Part shown: piece by piece, positions 28,140 to 41,368 of the stretch
Position numbering within the stretch: position 1 is the stretch's first letter
Layout: each line of letters starts with the position of its first letter
Assembly (NCBI GenBank): GCA_964016885.1
Contig: OZ024749.1
Span: 10,974,001 to 11,038,000, forward strand
DNA length: 64,000 nucleotides
Source of the DNA: Eledone cirrhosa
Taxonomy: Eukaryota
Reading direction: 5' to 3'
Notes under the pieces: model-generated
The model's input: the letters and a program-made list of their open reading frames with translations, nothing else
What the model was told of the DNA's origin: nothing
The model's database searches: none
Made by a program: the position numbers and the translations under genes

Positions 28140-28345
28140 TTTATAGTTATGCATTAGTTTAGTCTGTAGGTTTATAGTTGTGCATTCGTTTAGTCTGTAG
28201 GTTTACAGTTGTGCATTAGTTTAGTCTCTAGATTTACAGTTGTGCATTAGTTTAGTCTGTAGGTTTATAGTTGTGCATTAGTTTAGTCTGTAGGTTTATA
28301 TTTGTGCATTAGTTTAGTCTGTATGTTTATAGTTGTGTATTAGTG
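28140..28345. repeat. 31-bp tandem repeat GTTTATAGTTGTGCATTAGTTTAGTCTGTAG, ~6.5 copies
   Basis: Visible directly. Confidence 0.92.
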
Positions 28346-28459
28346 TTAGGAGTGGAGTGGCAATAGTGTTGGGGGGTTATGTTTTTTTTCTGCAAATTAT
28401 ATTATCTTTCTTTGAACCATTTCAAAATGGCGCCATCTAGTCTACGATTGACCGTTTTG

Positions 28460-31400
28460 TAGTCTGGTCCCTTGTTCCATGTATTACATACTTCTATAGT
28501 CCTGTCCCTTGTTCCATGTATTACATACTTCTATAGTCCTGTCCCTGGTTCCATGTATTACATACTTCTATAGTCCTGTCCCTTGTTCCATGTATTACAT
28601 ACTTCTATAGTCTTGTCCCTTGTTCCATGTATTACATACTTCTATAGTCTTGTCCCTTGTTCCATGTATTACATACTTCTATAGTCTTGTCCCTTGTTCC
28701 ATGTATTACATACTTCTATAGTCCTGTCCCTTGTTCCATGTATTACATACTTCTATAGTCTTGTCCCTTGTTCCATGTATTACATACTTCTATAGTCCTG
28801 TCCCTTGTTCCATATATTACATACTTCTATAGTCTTGTCCCTTGTTCCATGTATTACATACTTCTATAGTCCTGTCCCTTGTTCCATGTATTACATACTT
28901 CTATAGTCTTGTCCCTTGTTCCATGTATTACATACTTCTATAGTCCTGTCCCTTGTTCCATGTATTACATACTTCTATAGTCCTGTCCCTTGTTCCATGT
29001 ATTACATACTTCTATAGTCTTGTCCCTTGTTCCATATATTACATACTTCTATAGTCTTGTCCCTTGTTCCATGTATTACATACTTCTATAGTCTTGTCCC
29101 TTGTTCCATATATTACATACTTCTATAGTCTTGTCCCTTGTTCCATGTATTACATACTTCTATAGTCTTGTCCCTTGTCCATGTATTACATACTTCTATA
29201 GTCCTGTCCCTTGTTCCATGTATTACATACTTCTATAGTCCTGTCCCTTGTTCCATGTATTACATACTTCTATAGTCCTGTCCCTTGTTCCATGTATTAC
29301 ATACTTTTATAGTCTTGTCCCTTGTTCCATGTATTACATACTTCTATAGTCCTGTCCCTTGTTCCATGTATTACATACTTCTATAGTCTTGTCTCTTGTT
29401 CCATGTATTACATACTTCTATAGTCTTGTCCCTTGTTCCATGTATTACATACTTCTATAGTCTTGTCCCTTGTTCCATGTATTACATACTTCTATAGTCC
29501 TGTCCCTTGTTCCATGTATTACATACTTCTATAGTCTTGTCCCTTGTTCCATGTATTACATACTTCTATAGTCCTGTCCCTTGTTCCATGTATTACATAC
29601 TTCTATAGTCTTGTCCCTTGTTCCATGTATTACATACTTCTATAGTCTTGTCCCTTGTTCCATGTATTACATACTTCTATAGTCTTGTCCCTTGTTCCAT
29701 GTATTACATACTTCTATAGTCTTGTCCCTTGTTCCATGAATTACATACTTCTATAGTCTTGTCACTTGTTCCATGTATTACATACTTCTATAGTCTTGTC
29801 CCTTGTTCCATGTATTACATACTTCTATAGTCTTGTCCCTTGTTCCATGTATTACATACTTCTATAGTCTTGTCCCTTGTTCCATGTATTACATACTTCT
29901 ATAGTCCTGTCCCTTGTTCCATGTATTACATACTTCTATAGTCCTGTCCCTTGTTCCATGTATTACATACTTCTATAGTCTTGTCCCTTGTTCCATGTAT
30001 TACATACTTCTATAGTCCTGTCCCTTGTTCCATGTATTACATAGTTCTATAGTCTTGTCCCTTGTTCCATGTATTACATACTTCTATAGTCTTTTCCGTT
30101 GTTCCATGTATTACATACTTCTATAGTCTTGTCCCTTGTTCCATGTATTACATACTTCTATAGTCCTGTCCCTTGTTCCATGTATTACATACTTCTATAG
30201 TCTTGTCCCTTGTTCCATGTATTACATACTTCTATAGTCTTTTCCCTTGTTCCATGTATTACATACTTCTATAGTCCTGTCCCTTGTTCCATGTATTACA
30301 TACTTCTATAGTCCTGACCCTTGTTCCATGTATTACATACTTCTATAGTCCTGTCCCGTCTTCCATGTATTACATACTTCTATAGTCTTGTCCCTTGTTC
30401 CATGTATTACATACTTCTATAGTCTTGTCCCTTGTTCCATGTATTACATACTTCTATAGTCCTGTCCCTTGTTCCATGTTACATACTTCTATAGTCTTGT
30501 CCCTTGTTCCATGTATTACATACTTCTATAGTCTTGTCCCTTGTTCCATGTATTACATACTTCTATAGTCTTGTCCCTTGTTCCATGTATTACATACTTC
30601 TATAGTCTTGTCCCTTGTTCCATGTATTACATACTTCTATAGTCCTGTCCCTTGTTCCATGTATTACATACTTCTATAGTCTTGTCCCTTGTTCCATGTA
30701 TTACATACTTCTATAGTCTTGTCCCTTGTTCCATGTATTACATACTTCTATAGTCTTGTCCCTTGTTCCATGTATTACATACTTCTATAGTCCTGTCCCT
30801 TGTTCCATGTATTACATACTTCTATAGTCTTGTCCCTTGTTCCATGTATTACATACTTCTATAGTCCTGTCCCTTGTTCCATGTATTACATACTTCTATA
30901 GTCTTGTCCCTTGTTCCATGTATTACATACTTCTATAGTCTTGTCCCTTGTTCCATGTATTACATACTTCTATAGTCTTGTCCCTTGTTCCATGTATTAC
31001 ATACTTCTATAGTCTTGTCCCTTGTTCCATGTATTACATACTTCTATAGTCCTGTCCCTTGTTCCATGTATTACATACTTCTATAGTCTTGTCCCTTGTT
31101 CCATGTATTACATACTTCTATAGTCCTGTCCCTTGTTCCATGTATTACATACTTCTATAGTCTTGTCCCTTGTTCCATGTATTACATACTTCTATAGTCT
31201 TGTCCCTTGTTCCATGTATTACATACTTCTATAGTCTTGTCCCTTGTTCCATGTATTACATACTTCTATAGTCCTGTCCCTTGTTCCATGTATTACATAC
31301 TTCTATAGTCCTGTCCCGTGTTCCATGTATTACATACTTCTATAGTCTTGTCCCTTGTTCCATGTATTACATACTTCTATAGTCTTGTCCCTTGTTCTAT

Positions 31401-34400
31401 GTATTACATACTTCTATAGTCCTGTCCCTTGTTCCTTGTTACATACTTCTATAGTCTTGTCCCTTGTTCCATGTATTACATACTTCTATAGTCTTGTCCC
31501 TTGTTCCATGTATTACATACTTCTATAGTCTTGTCCCTTGTTCCATGTATTACATACTTCTATAGTCTTGTCCCTTGTTCCATGTATTACATACTTCTAT
31601 AGTCCTGTCCCTTGTTCCATGTATTACATACTTCTATAGTCTTGTCCCTTGTTCCATGTATTACATACTTCTATAGTCTTGTCCCTTGTTCCATGTATTA
31701 CATACTTCTATAGTCCTGTCCCTTGTTCCATGTATTACATACTTCTATAGTCTTGTCCCTTGTTCCATGTATTACATACTTCTATAGTCCTGTCCCTTGT
31801 TCCATATATTACATACTTCTATAGTCTTGTCCCTTGTTCCATGTATTACATACTTCTATAGTCCTGTCCCTTGTTCCATGTATTACATACTTCTATAGTC
31901 TTGTCCCTTGTTCCATGTATTACATACTTCTATAGTCCTGTTCCTTGTTCCATGTATTACATACTTCTATAGTCCTGTCCCTTGTTCCATGTATTACATA
32001 CTTCTATAGTCTTGTCCCTTGTTCCATATATTACATACTTCTATAGTCTTGTCCCTTGTTCCATGTATTACATACTTCTATAGTCCTGTCCCTTGTTCCA
32101 TGTATTACATACTTCTATAGTCTTGTCCCTTGTTCCATGTATTACATACTTCTATAGTCCTGTCCCTTGTTCCATGTATTACATACTTCTATAGTCTTGT
32201 CCCTTGTTCCATGTATTACATACTTCTATAGTCTTGTCCCTTGTTCCATGTATTACATACTTCTATAGTCTTGTCCCTTGTTCCATGTATTACATACTTC
32301 TATAGTCTTGTCCCTTGTTCCATGAATTACATACTTCTATAGTCTTGTCACTTGTTCCATGTATTACATACTTCTATAGTCTTGTCCCTTGTTCCATGTA
32401 TTACATACTTCTATAGTCTTGTCCCTTGTTCCATGTATTACATACTTCTATAGTCTTGTCCCTTGTTCCATGTATTACATACTTCTATAGTCCTGTCCCT
32501 TGTTCCATGTATTACATAGTTCTATAGTCTTGTCCCTTGTTCCATGTATTACATACTTCTATAGTCTTTTCCGTTGTTCCATGTATTACATACTTCTATA
32601 GTCTTGTCCCTTGTTCCATGTATTACATACTTCTATAGTCCTGTCCCTTGTTCCATGTATTACATACTTCTATAGTCTTGTCCCTTGTTCCATGTATTAC
32701 ATACTTCTATAGTCTTTTCCCTTGTTCCATGTATTACATACTTCTATAGTCCTGTCCCTTGTTCCATGTATTACATACTTCTATAGTCCTGACCCTTGTT
32801 CCATGTATTACATACTTCTATAGTCCTGTCCCGTCTTCCATGTATTACATACTTCTATAGTCTTGTCCCTTGTTCCATGTATTACATACTTCTATAGTCT
32901 TGTCCCTTGTTCCATGTATTACATACTTCTATAGTCCTGTCCCTTGTTCCATGTTACATACTTCTATAGTCTTGTCCCTTGTTCCATGTATTACATACTT
33001 CTATAGTCTTGTCCCTTGTTCCATGTATTACATACTTCTATAGTCTTGTCCCTTGTTCCATGTATTACATACTTCTATAGTCTTGTCCCTTGTTCCATGT
33101 ATTACATACTTCTATAGTCCTGTCCCTTGTTCCATGTATTACATACTTCTATAGTCTTGTCCCTTGTTCCATGTATTACATACTTCTATAGTCTTGTCCC
33201 TTGTTCCATGTATTACATACTTCTATAGTCTTGTCCCTTGTTCCATGTATTACATACTTCTATAGTCCTGTCCCTTGTTCCATGTATTACATACTTCTAT
33301 AGTCTTGTCCCTTGTTCCATGTATTACATACTTCTATAGTCCTGTCCCTTGTTCCATGTATTACATACTTCTATAGTCTTGTCCCTTGTTCCATGTATTA
33401 CATACTTCTATAGTCTTGTCCCTTGTTCCATGTATTACATACTTCTATAGTCTTGTCCCTTGTTCCATGTATTACATACTTCTATAGTCTTGTCCCTTGT
33501 TCCATGTATTACATACTTCTATAGTCCTGTCCCTTGTTCCATGTATTACATACTTCTATAGTCTTGTCCCTTGTTCCATGTATTACATACTTCTATAGTC
33601 CTGTCCCTTGTTCCATGTATTACATACTTCTATAGTCTTGTCCCTTGTTCCATGTATTACATACTTCTATAGTCTTGTCCCTTGTTCCATGTATTACATA
33701 CTTCTATAGTCTTGTCCCTTGTTCCATGTATTACATACTTCTATAGTCCTGTCCCTTGTTCCATGTATTACATACTTCTATAGTCCTGTCCCATGTTCCA
33801 TGTATTACATACTTCTATAGTCTTGTCCCTTGTTCCATGTATTACATACTTCTATAGTCTTGTCCCTTGTTCTATGTATTACATACTTCTATAGTCCTGT
33901 CCCTTGTTCCATGTTACATACTTCTATAGTCTTGTCCCTTGTTCCATGTATTACATACTTCTATAGTCTTGTCCCTTGTTCCATGTATTACATACTTCTA
34001 TAGTCTTGTCCCTTGTTCCATGTATTACATACTTCTATAGTCTTGTCCCTTGTTCCATGTATTACATACTTCTATAGTCCTGTCCCTTGTTCCATGTATT
34101 ACATACTTCTATAGTCTTGTCCCTTGTTCCATGTATTACATACTTCTATAGTCTTGTCCCTTGTTCCATGTATTACATACTTCTATAGTCCTGTCCCTTG
34201 TTCCATGTATTACATACTTCTATAGTCTTGTCCCTTGTTCCATGTATTACTTACTTCTATAGTCCTGTCCCTTGTTCCATGTATTACATACTTCTATAGT
34301 CTTGTCCCTTGTTCCATGTATTACATACTTCTATAGTCTTGTCCCTTGTTCCATGTATTACATACTTCTATAGTCTTGTCCCTTGTTCCATGTATTACAT

Positions 34401-37400
34401 ACTTCTATAGTCTTGTCCCTTGTTCCATGTATTACATACTTCTATAGTCCTGTCCCTTGTTCCATGTATTACATACTTCTATAGTCTTGTCCCTTGTTCC
34501 ATGTATTACATACTTCTATAGTCCTGTCCCTTGTTCCATGTATTACATACTTCTATAGTCTTGTCCCTTGTTCCATGTATTACATACTTCTATAGTCTTG
34601 TCCCTTGTTCCATGTATTACATACTTCTATAGTCTTGTCCCTTGTTCCATGTATTACATACTTCTATAGTCCTGTCCCTTGTTCCATGTATTACATACTT
34701 CTTTAGTCCTGTCCCTTGTTCCATATATTACATACTTCTATAGTCCTGTCCCTTGTTCCATGTATTACATACTTCTATAGTCTTTCCCTTGTTCCATGTA
34801 TTACATACTTCTATAGTCTTGTCCCTTGTTCCATGTATTACATACTTCTATAGTCTTGTCCCTTGTTCCATGTATTACAGACTTCTATAGTCGTGTCCCT
34901 TGTTCCATGTATTACATACTTCTATAGTCCTGTCCCTTGTTCCATGTATTACATACTTCTATAGCCTTGTCCCTTGTTCCATGTATTACATACTTCTATA
35001 GTCCTGTCCCTTGTTCCATGTATTACATACTTCTATAGTCCTGTCCCTTGTTCCATGTATTACATACTTCTATCGTCTTGTCCCTTGTTCCATATATTAC
35101 ATACTTCTATAGTCCTGTCCCTTGTTCCATGTATTACATACTTCTATAGTCTTGTCCCTTGTTCCATGTATTACATACTTCTATAGTCCTGTCCCTTGTT
35201 CCATGTATAACATACTTCTATAGTCTTGTCCCTTGTTCCATGTATTACATACTTCTATAGTCCTGTCCCTTGTTCCATGTATTACATACTTCTATAGTCC
35301 TGTCCCTTGTTCCATGTATTACATACTTCTATAGTCCTGTCCCTTGTTCCATGTATTACATACTTCTATAGTCTTGTCCCTTGTTCCATATATTACATAC
35401 TTCTATAGTCCTGTCCCTTGTTCCATGTATTACATACTTCTATAGTCCTGTCCCTTGTTCCATGTATTACATACTTCTATAGTCCTGTCCCTTGTTCCAT
35501 GTATTACATACTTCTATAGTCTTGTCCCTTGTTCCATGTATTACATACTTCTATAGTCTTGTCCCTTGTTCCATATATTACATACTTCTATAGTCCTGTC
35601 CCTTGTTCCATGTATTACATACTTCTATAGTCCTGTCCCTTGTTCCATGTATTACATACTTCTATAGTCTTGTCCCTTGTTCCATGTATTACATACTTCT
35701 ATAGTCTTGTCACTTGTTCCATGTATTACATACTTCTATAGTCCTGTCCCTTGTTCCATGTATTACATACTTCTATAGTCCTGTCCCTTGTTCCATGTAT
35801 TACATACTTCTATAGTCCTGTCCCTTGTTCCATGTATTACATACTTCTATAGTCTTGTCCCTTGTTCCATGTATTTCATACTTCTATAGTCTTGTCCCTT
35901 GTTCCATGTATTACATACTTCTATAGTCTTGTCCCTTGTTCCATGTATTACATACTTCTTTAGTCCTGTCCCTTGTTCCATGTATTACATACTTCTATAG
36001 TCTTGTCCCTTGTTCCATGTTACATACTTCTATAGTCTTGTCCCTTGTTCCATGTATTACACACTTCTATAGTCTTGTCCCTTGTTCCATGTATTACATA
36101 CTTCTATAGTCTTGTCCCTTGTTCCATGTATTACATACTTCTATAGTCCTGTCCCTTGTTCCATGTATTACATACTTCTATAGTCCTGTCCCTTGTTCCA
36201 TGTATTACATACTTCTATAGTCCTGTCCCTTTTTCCATGTATTACATACTTCTATAGTCCTGTCCCTTGTTCCATGTATTACATACTTCTATAGTCTTGT
36301 CCCTTGTTCCATGTATTACATACTTCTATAGTCTTGTCCCTTGTTCCATGTATTACATACTTCTATAGTCTTGTCCCTTGTTCCATGTATTACATACTTC
36401 TATAGTCCTGTCCCTTGTTCCATGTATTACATACTTCTATAGTCTTGTCCCTTGTTCCATGTATTACATACTTCTATAGTCCTGTCCCTTGTTCCATGTA
36501 TTACATACTTCTATAGTCTTGTCCCTTGTTCCATGTATTACATACTTCTATAGTCTTGTCCCTTGTTCCATGTATTACATACTTCTATAGTCTTGTCCCT
36601 TGTTCCATGTATTACATACTTCTATAGTCTTGTCCCTTGTTCCATGTATTACATACTTCTATAGTCCTGTCCCTTGTTCCATGTATTACATACTTCTATA
36701 GTCTTGTCCCTTGTTCCATGTATTACATACTTCTATAGTCCTGTCCCTTGTTCCATGTATTACATACTTCTATAGTCTTGTCCCTTGTTCCATGTATTAC
36801 ATACTTCTATAGTCTTGTCCCTTGTTCCATGTATTACATACTTCTATAGTCTTGTCCCTTGTTCCATGTATTACATACTTCTATAGTCCTGTCCCTTGTT
36901 CCATGTATTACATACTTCTTTAGTCCTGTCCCTTGTTCCATATATTACATACTTCTATAGTCCTGTCCCTTGTTCCATGTATTACATACTTCTATAGTCT
37001 TTCCCTTGTTCCATGTATTACATACTTCTATAGTCTTGTCCCTTGTTCCATGTATTACATACTTCTATAGTCTTGTCCCTTGTTCCATGTATTACAGACT
37101 TCTATAGTCGTGTCCCTTGTTCCATGTATTACATACTTCTATAGTCCTGTCCCTTGTTCCATGTATTACATACTTCTATAGCCTTGTCCCTTGTTCCATG
37201 TATTACATACTTCTATAGTCCTGTCCCTTGTTCCATGTATTACATACTTCTATAGTCCTGTCCCTTGTTCCATGTATTACATACTTCTATCGTCTTGTCC
37301 CTTGTTCCATATATTACATACTTCTATAGTCCTGTCCCTTGTTCCATGTATTACATACTTCTATAGTCTTGTCCCTTGTTCCATGTATTACATACTTCTA

Positions 37401-39101
37401 TAGTCCTGTCCCTTGTTCCATGTATAACATACTTCTATAGTCTTGTCCCTTGTTCCATGTATTACATACTTCTATAGTCCTGTCCCTTGTTCCATGTATT
37501 ACATACTTCTATAGTCCTGTCCCTTGTTCCATGTATTACATACTTCTATAGTCCTGTCCCTTGTTCCATGTATTACATACTTCTATAGTCTTGTCCCTTG
37601 TTCCATATATTACATACTTCTATAGTCCTGTCCCTTGTTCCATGTATTACATACTTCTATAGTCCTGTCCCTTGTTCCATGTATTACATACTTCTATAGT
37701 CCTGTCCCTTGTTCCATGTATTACATACTTCTATAGTCTTGTCCCTTGTTCCATGTATTACATACTTCTATAGTCTTGTCCCTTGTTCCATATATTACAT
37801 ACTTCTATAGTCCTGTCCCTTGTTCCATGTATTACATACTTCTATAGTCCTGTCCCTTGTTCCATGTATTACATACTTCTATAGTCTTGTCCCTTGTTCC
37901 ATGTATTACATACTTCTATAGTCTTGTCACTTGTTCCATGTATTACATACTTCTATAGTCCTGTCCCTTGTTCCATGTATTACATACTTCTATAGTCCTG
38001 TCCCTTGTTCCATGTATTACATACTTCTATAGTCCTGTCCCTTGTTCCATGTATTACATACTTCTATAGTCTTGTCCCTTGTTCCATGTATTTCATACTT
38101 CTATAGTCTTGTCCCTTGTTCCATGTATTACATACTTCTATAGTCTTGTCCCTTGTTCCATGTATTACATACTTCTTTAGTCCTGTCCCTTGTTCCATGT
38201 ATTACATACTTCTATAGTCTTGTCCCTTGTTCCATGTTACATACTTCTATAGTCTTGTCCCTTGTTCCATGTATTACACACTTCTATAGTCTTGTCCCTT
38301 GTTCCATGTATTACATACTTCTATAGTCTTGTCCCTTGTTCCATGTATTACATACTTCTATAGTCCTGTCCCTTGTTCCATGTATTACATACTTCTATAG
38401 TCCTGTCCCTTGTTCCATGTATTACATACTTCTATAGTCCTGTCCCTTTTTCCATGTATTACATACTTCTATAGTCCTGTCCCTTGTTCCATGTATTACA
38501 TACTTCTATAGTCTTGTCCCTTGTTCCATGTATTACATACTTCTATAGTCTTGTCCCTTGTTCCATGTATTACATACTTCTATAGTCTTGTCCCTTGTTC
38601 CATGTATTACATACTTCTATAGTCCTGTCCCTTGTTCCATGTATTACATACTTCTATAGTCTTGTCCCTTGTTCCATGTATTACATACTTCTATAGTCTT
38701 GTCCCTTGTTCCATGTATTACATACTTCTATAGTCCTGTCCCTTGTTCCATATATTACATACTTCTATAGTCCTGTCCCTTGTTCCATGTATTACATACT
38801 TCTATAGTCCTGTCCCTTGTTCCATGTATTACATACTTCTATAGTCCTGTCCCTTTTTCCATGTATTACATACTTCTATAGTCTTGTCCCTTGTTCCATG
38901 TATTACATACTTCTATAATCTTGTCCCTTGTTCCATGTATTACATACTTCTATAGTCTCTTCCCTTGTTCCATGTATTACATACTTCTATAGTCCTGTCC
39001 CTTGTTCCATGTATTACATACTTCTATAGTCCTGTCCCTTGTTCCATGTATTACATACTTCTATAGTCTTGTCCCTTGTTCCATGTATTACATACTTCTA
39101 T
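28460..39101. repeat. 37-bp satellite GTCCCTTGTTCCATGTATTACATACTTCTATAGTC(C/T)T, ~287 copies (10.6 kb)
   Basis: Highly homogeneous 37-bp period; one common C/T variant plus rare marker variants. Confidence 0.98.
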
Positions 39102-39376
39102 CATAAATTTAGAGAATTCTAATGAAAAAATAAATATATTTTGAACTGCCTTCAAAATAAGCTACTGGTTAAGACCTTGGAGCGTTAACTTTGACACATG
39201 CAGACACATCTACATGCACATATACAGACACATGTATACACAGACACTCACACATGTACATATATACACACTCACACATATTCACCCCCTCCCCATATAT
39301 CATCATCATCATCATCATCATCATTCCCTGCTGGCAGGGAATTGGATGGGTTATCTCAGACCCAGTATTCGAGCGG

Positions 39377-39442
39377 GACTACTGACCTCCCAGATGGACT
39401 ACTGACCTACCAGATGGACTACTGACCTCCCAGATGGACTGG
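39377..39442. repeat. 20-bp triplication GACTACTGACCTCCCAGATG
   Basis: About 3.3 copies. Confidence 0.85.
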
Positions 39443-40317
39443 AAGGCTTACATGTCACTTACATATGGTCCTGTACTCTCCGAAGTGTAATTTATCAGGA
39501 TACCAGTACTAGGGAGGCTGTTGTGTCTTTGACACTGCTGAAGGGTCCTACTGAGCCTTTGATTAGCAGGTTTTGTACTGTTGAACCACTTTACAGAGTG
39601 CACTAGGTACATTTATCAAGTACTCAGTTCACACACACACACACACACACATATATGTATATTTTGCAACTCTATTTTTAATTAAATATACAGTATTTCA
39701 ATAATTTGATGACGTATTCGGAGTGATTATTTTGTAGGGGATACATGCACAAAACCTTAGTGACGTCACTTCTGCTTAAGAATGACGTCACTGGGGATAA
39801 AGAGGTGGCAAAACTTTGTTAGTTGCTGTTTAATATTCACGCCGTCCAAACACAGTTTTTGTGACTCCAGCAACAGCAACTCCAGGCATTATTCTTATAT
39901 AAGAAGCAAGGACTTTACTTCTTCAATGTTAGTAACTGAAAGCTAATATTCGCAACACTCATGGACTTGAACATTATTTCCTACTGTCCTGCTCAAATAC
40001 ACCTTTGTCACATATTCTGCATTAGTCATGCTTGTCACTTGACTTGATAAATTCCTGTTTGTTTTCAATCAAAATGCCTTCTGATTTATTATACACCTTT
40101 TTATTTCACTGCTGACCGTCTTGTTATAATTGGTTCGAATCCACGCCACAACACAACCCACTACCTACAACTATTCTCTGTAATTGGTGACTTTTCTTTA
40201 CAATTTCACTGATATGGTAGTATTTGTAAAGTAATTTAACAAAATAATTTAGGAATGTTTTAGTTTAAATAGGAACCCTTTAACCACTTGAAACCAACCC
40301 TAGTTCTATCATAAAAT

Positions 40318-40498
40318 AATTGTTTCTACTTTTGACACAAGGCCAGCAATTATCTCAGTACATTACTGGTACTTTATTTTATCGGATGGAAGGCAAAGTG
40401 AACCTCAGTGGGATTTGAACTCAGACCATAAAGGGACATAACTCTATGCTGCAAAGTATGGCATCCGACCTTCAACCAATACTGCCAATCCCCCGCCC
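40318..40498 (-). mobile_element. SINE family 1, full length with an internal deletion
   Basis: Reverse complement of the GGCGG...TTGGCAGTAT head, B box and 3' end. Flanked by a repeated GTTCTAT.ATAAAATAAT (possible TSD). Confidence 0.85.
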
Positions 40499-41368
40499 TT
40501 GTTCTATGATAAAATAATGTTTGTTTCGAAGTGTTTATATTTATTTAAACACCTTCCATCATAATTTTATGTAAGGATCTTTGTTAAGTTATGTTCCAAA
40601 CACTAAGCTAAATAATGAGAAAGTTAGTTATATTACTACATCTTACTTTCTTGATTATTTACAGAATTATATGAAACTCATAGGCAGTGTCTTTTATAAA
40701 GAAGTATGGTATAGTTTTGTTTCACAGAACCAGAGACTGCTTTGTGTGGGTTGGTATCAAAATGATTAAACATATATTGTAAGGCAACTGCAGATGAAGT
40801 ACCTAGCTAAAGGTAAACCACTTTAGTTGGCTTTTGTGGACCTTGGGAAAGCTTTTGACAGAATCTCCTGTTCCATTATCTGGTGGGCTCCTAGAAAATT
40901 AGGAATAGACTTGTGGCTTTTGAGGGCAGTACATGTCATGTATAAAGGAACAGCCAACAACGTCAGAATTAACAATGACTATAGTGAAGAATTTAGCGTA
41001 CAAGTAGGTGTTCATCAGGGCTCAGTTCTTAGCCCTCTCCTGTTTATTATCACCCTGCAGGCTATAACGGAGGAATTTAAGACTGGTTTCCCATGAGAAC
41101 TCCTGTATGCAGATGACCTAACCCTTATAGCTGAATCTATGGCTGAATTAGAAAAACAATTTCAAACTTGGAAGCATGGCCTAGAATCAAAAGGTCTTAA
41201 AGTTAACTTGGCAAAGTTCTAGTAAGTAGAAAGGAAAACGGGGCCAGATCTCCTCAACAAAATGGCTGTCCTCAGTGTCCAGATAAAGAATAGGTAGAAA
41301 TTTCATCCAATGTCACAAATGCAAACTATAGGTACACAAGAGATGTAGTGAGATCACAGACAGGTTAT

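Noticed and set aside
28460-39101. CRISPR array (37-bp repeat length)
   Set aside because: Units are head-to-tail with no unique spacers, there are no cas genes, and the context is eukaryotic.
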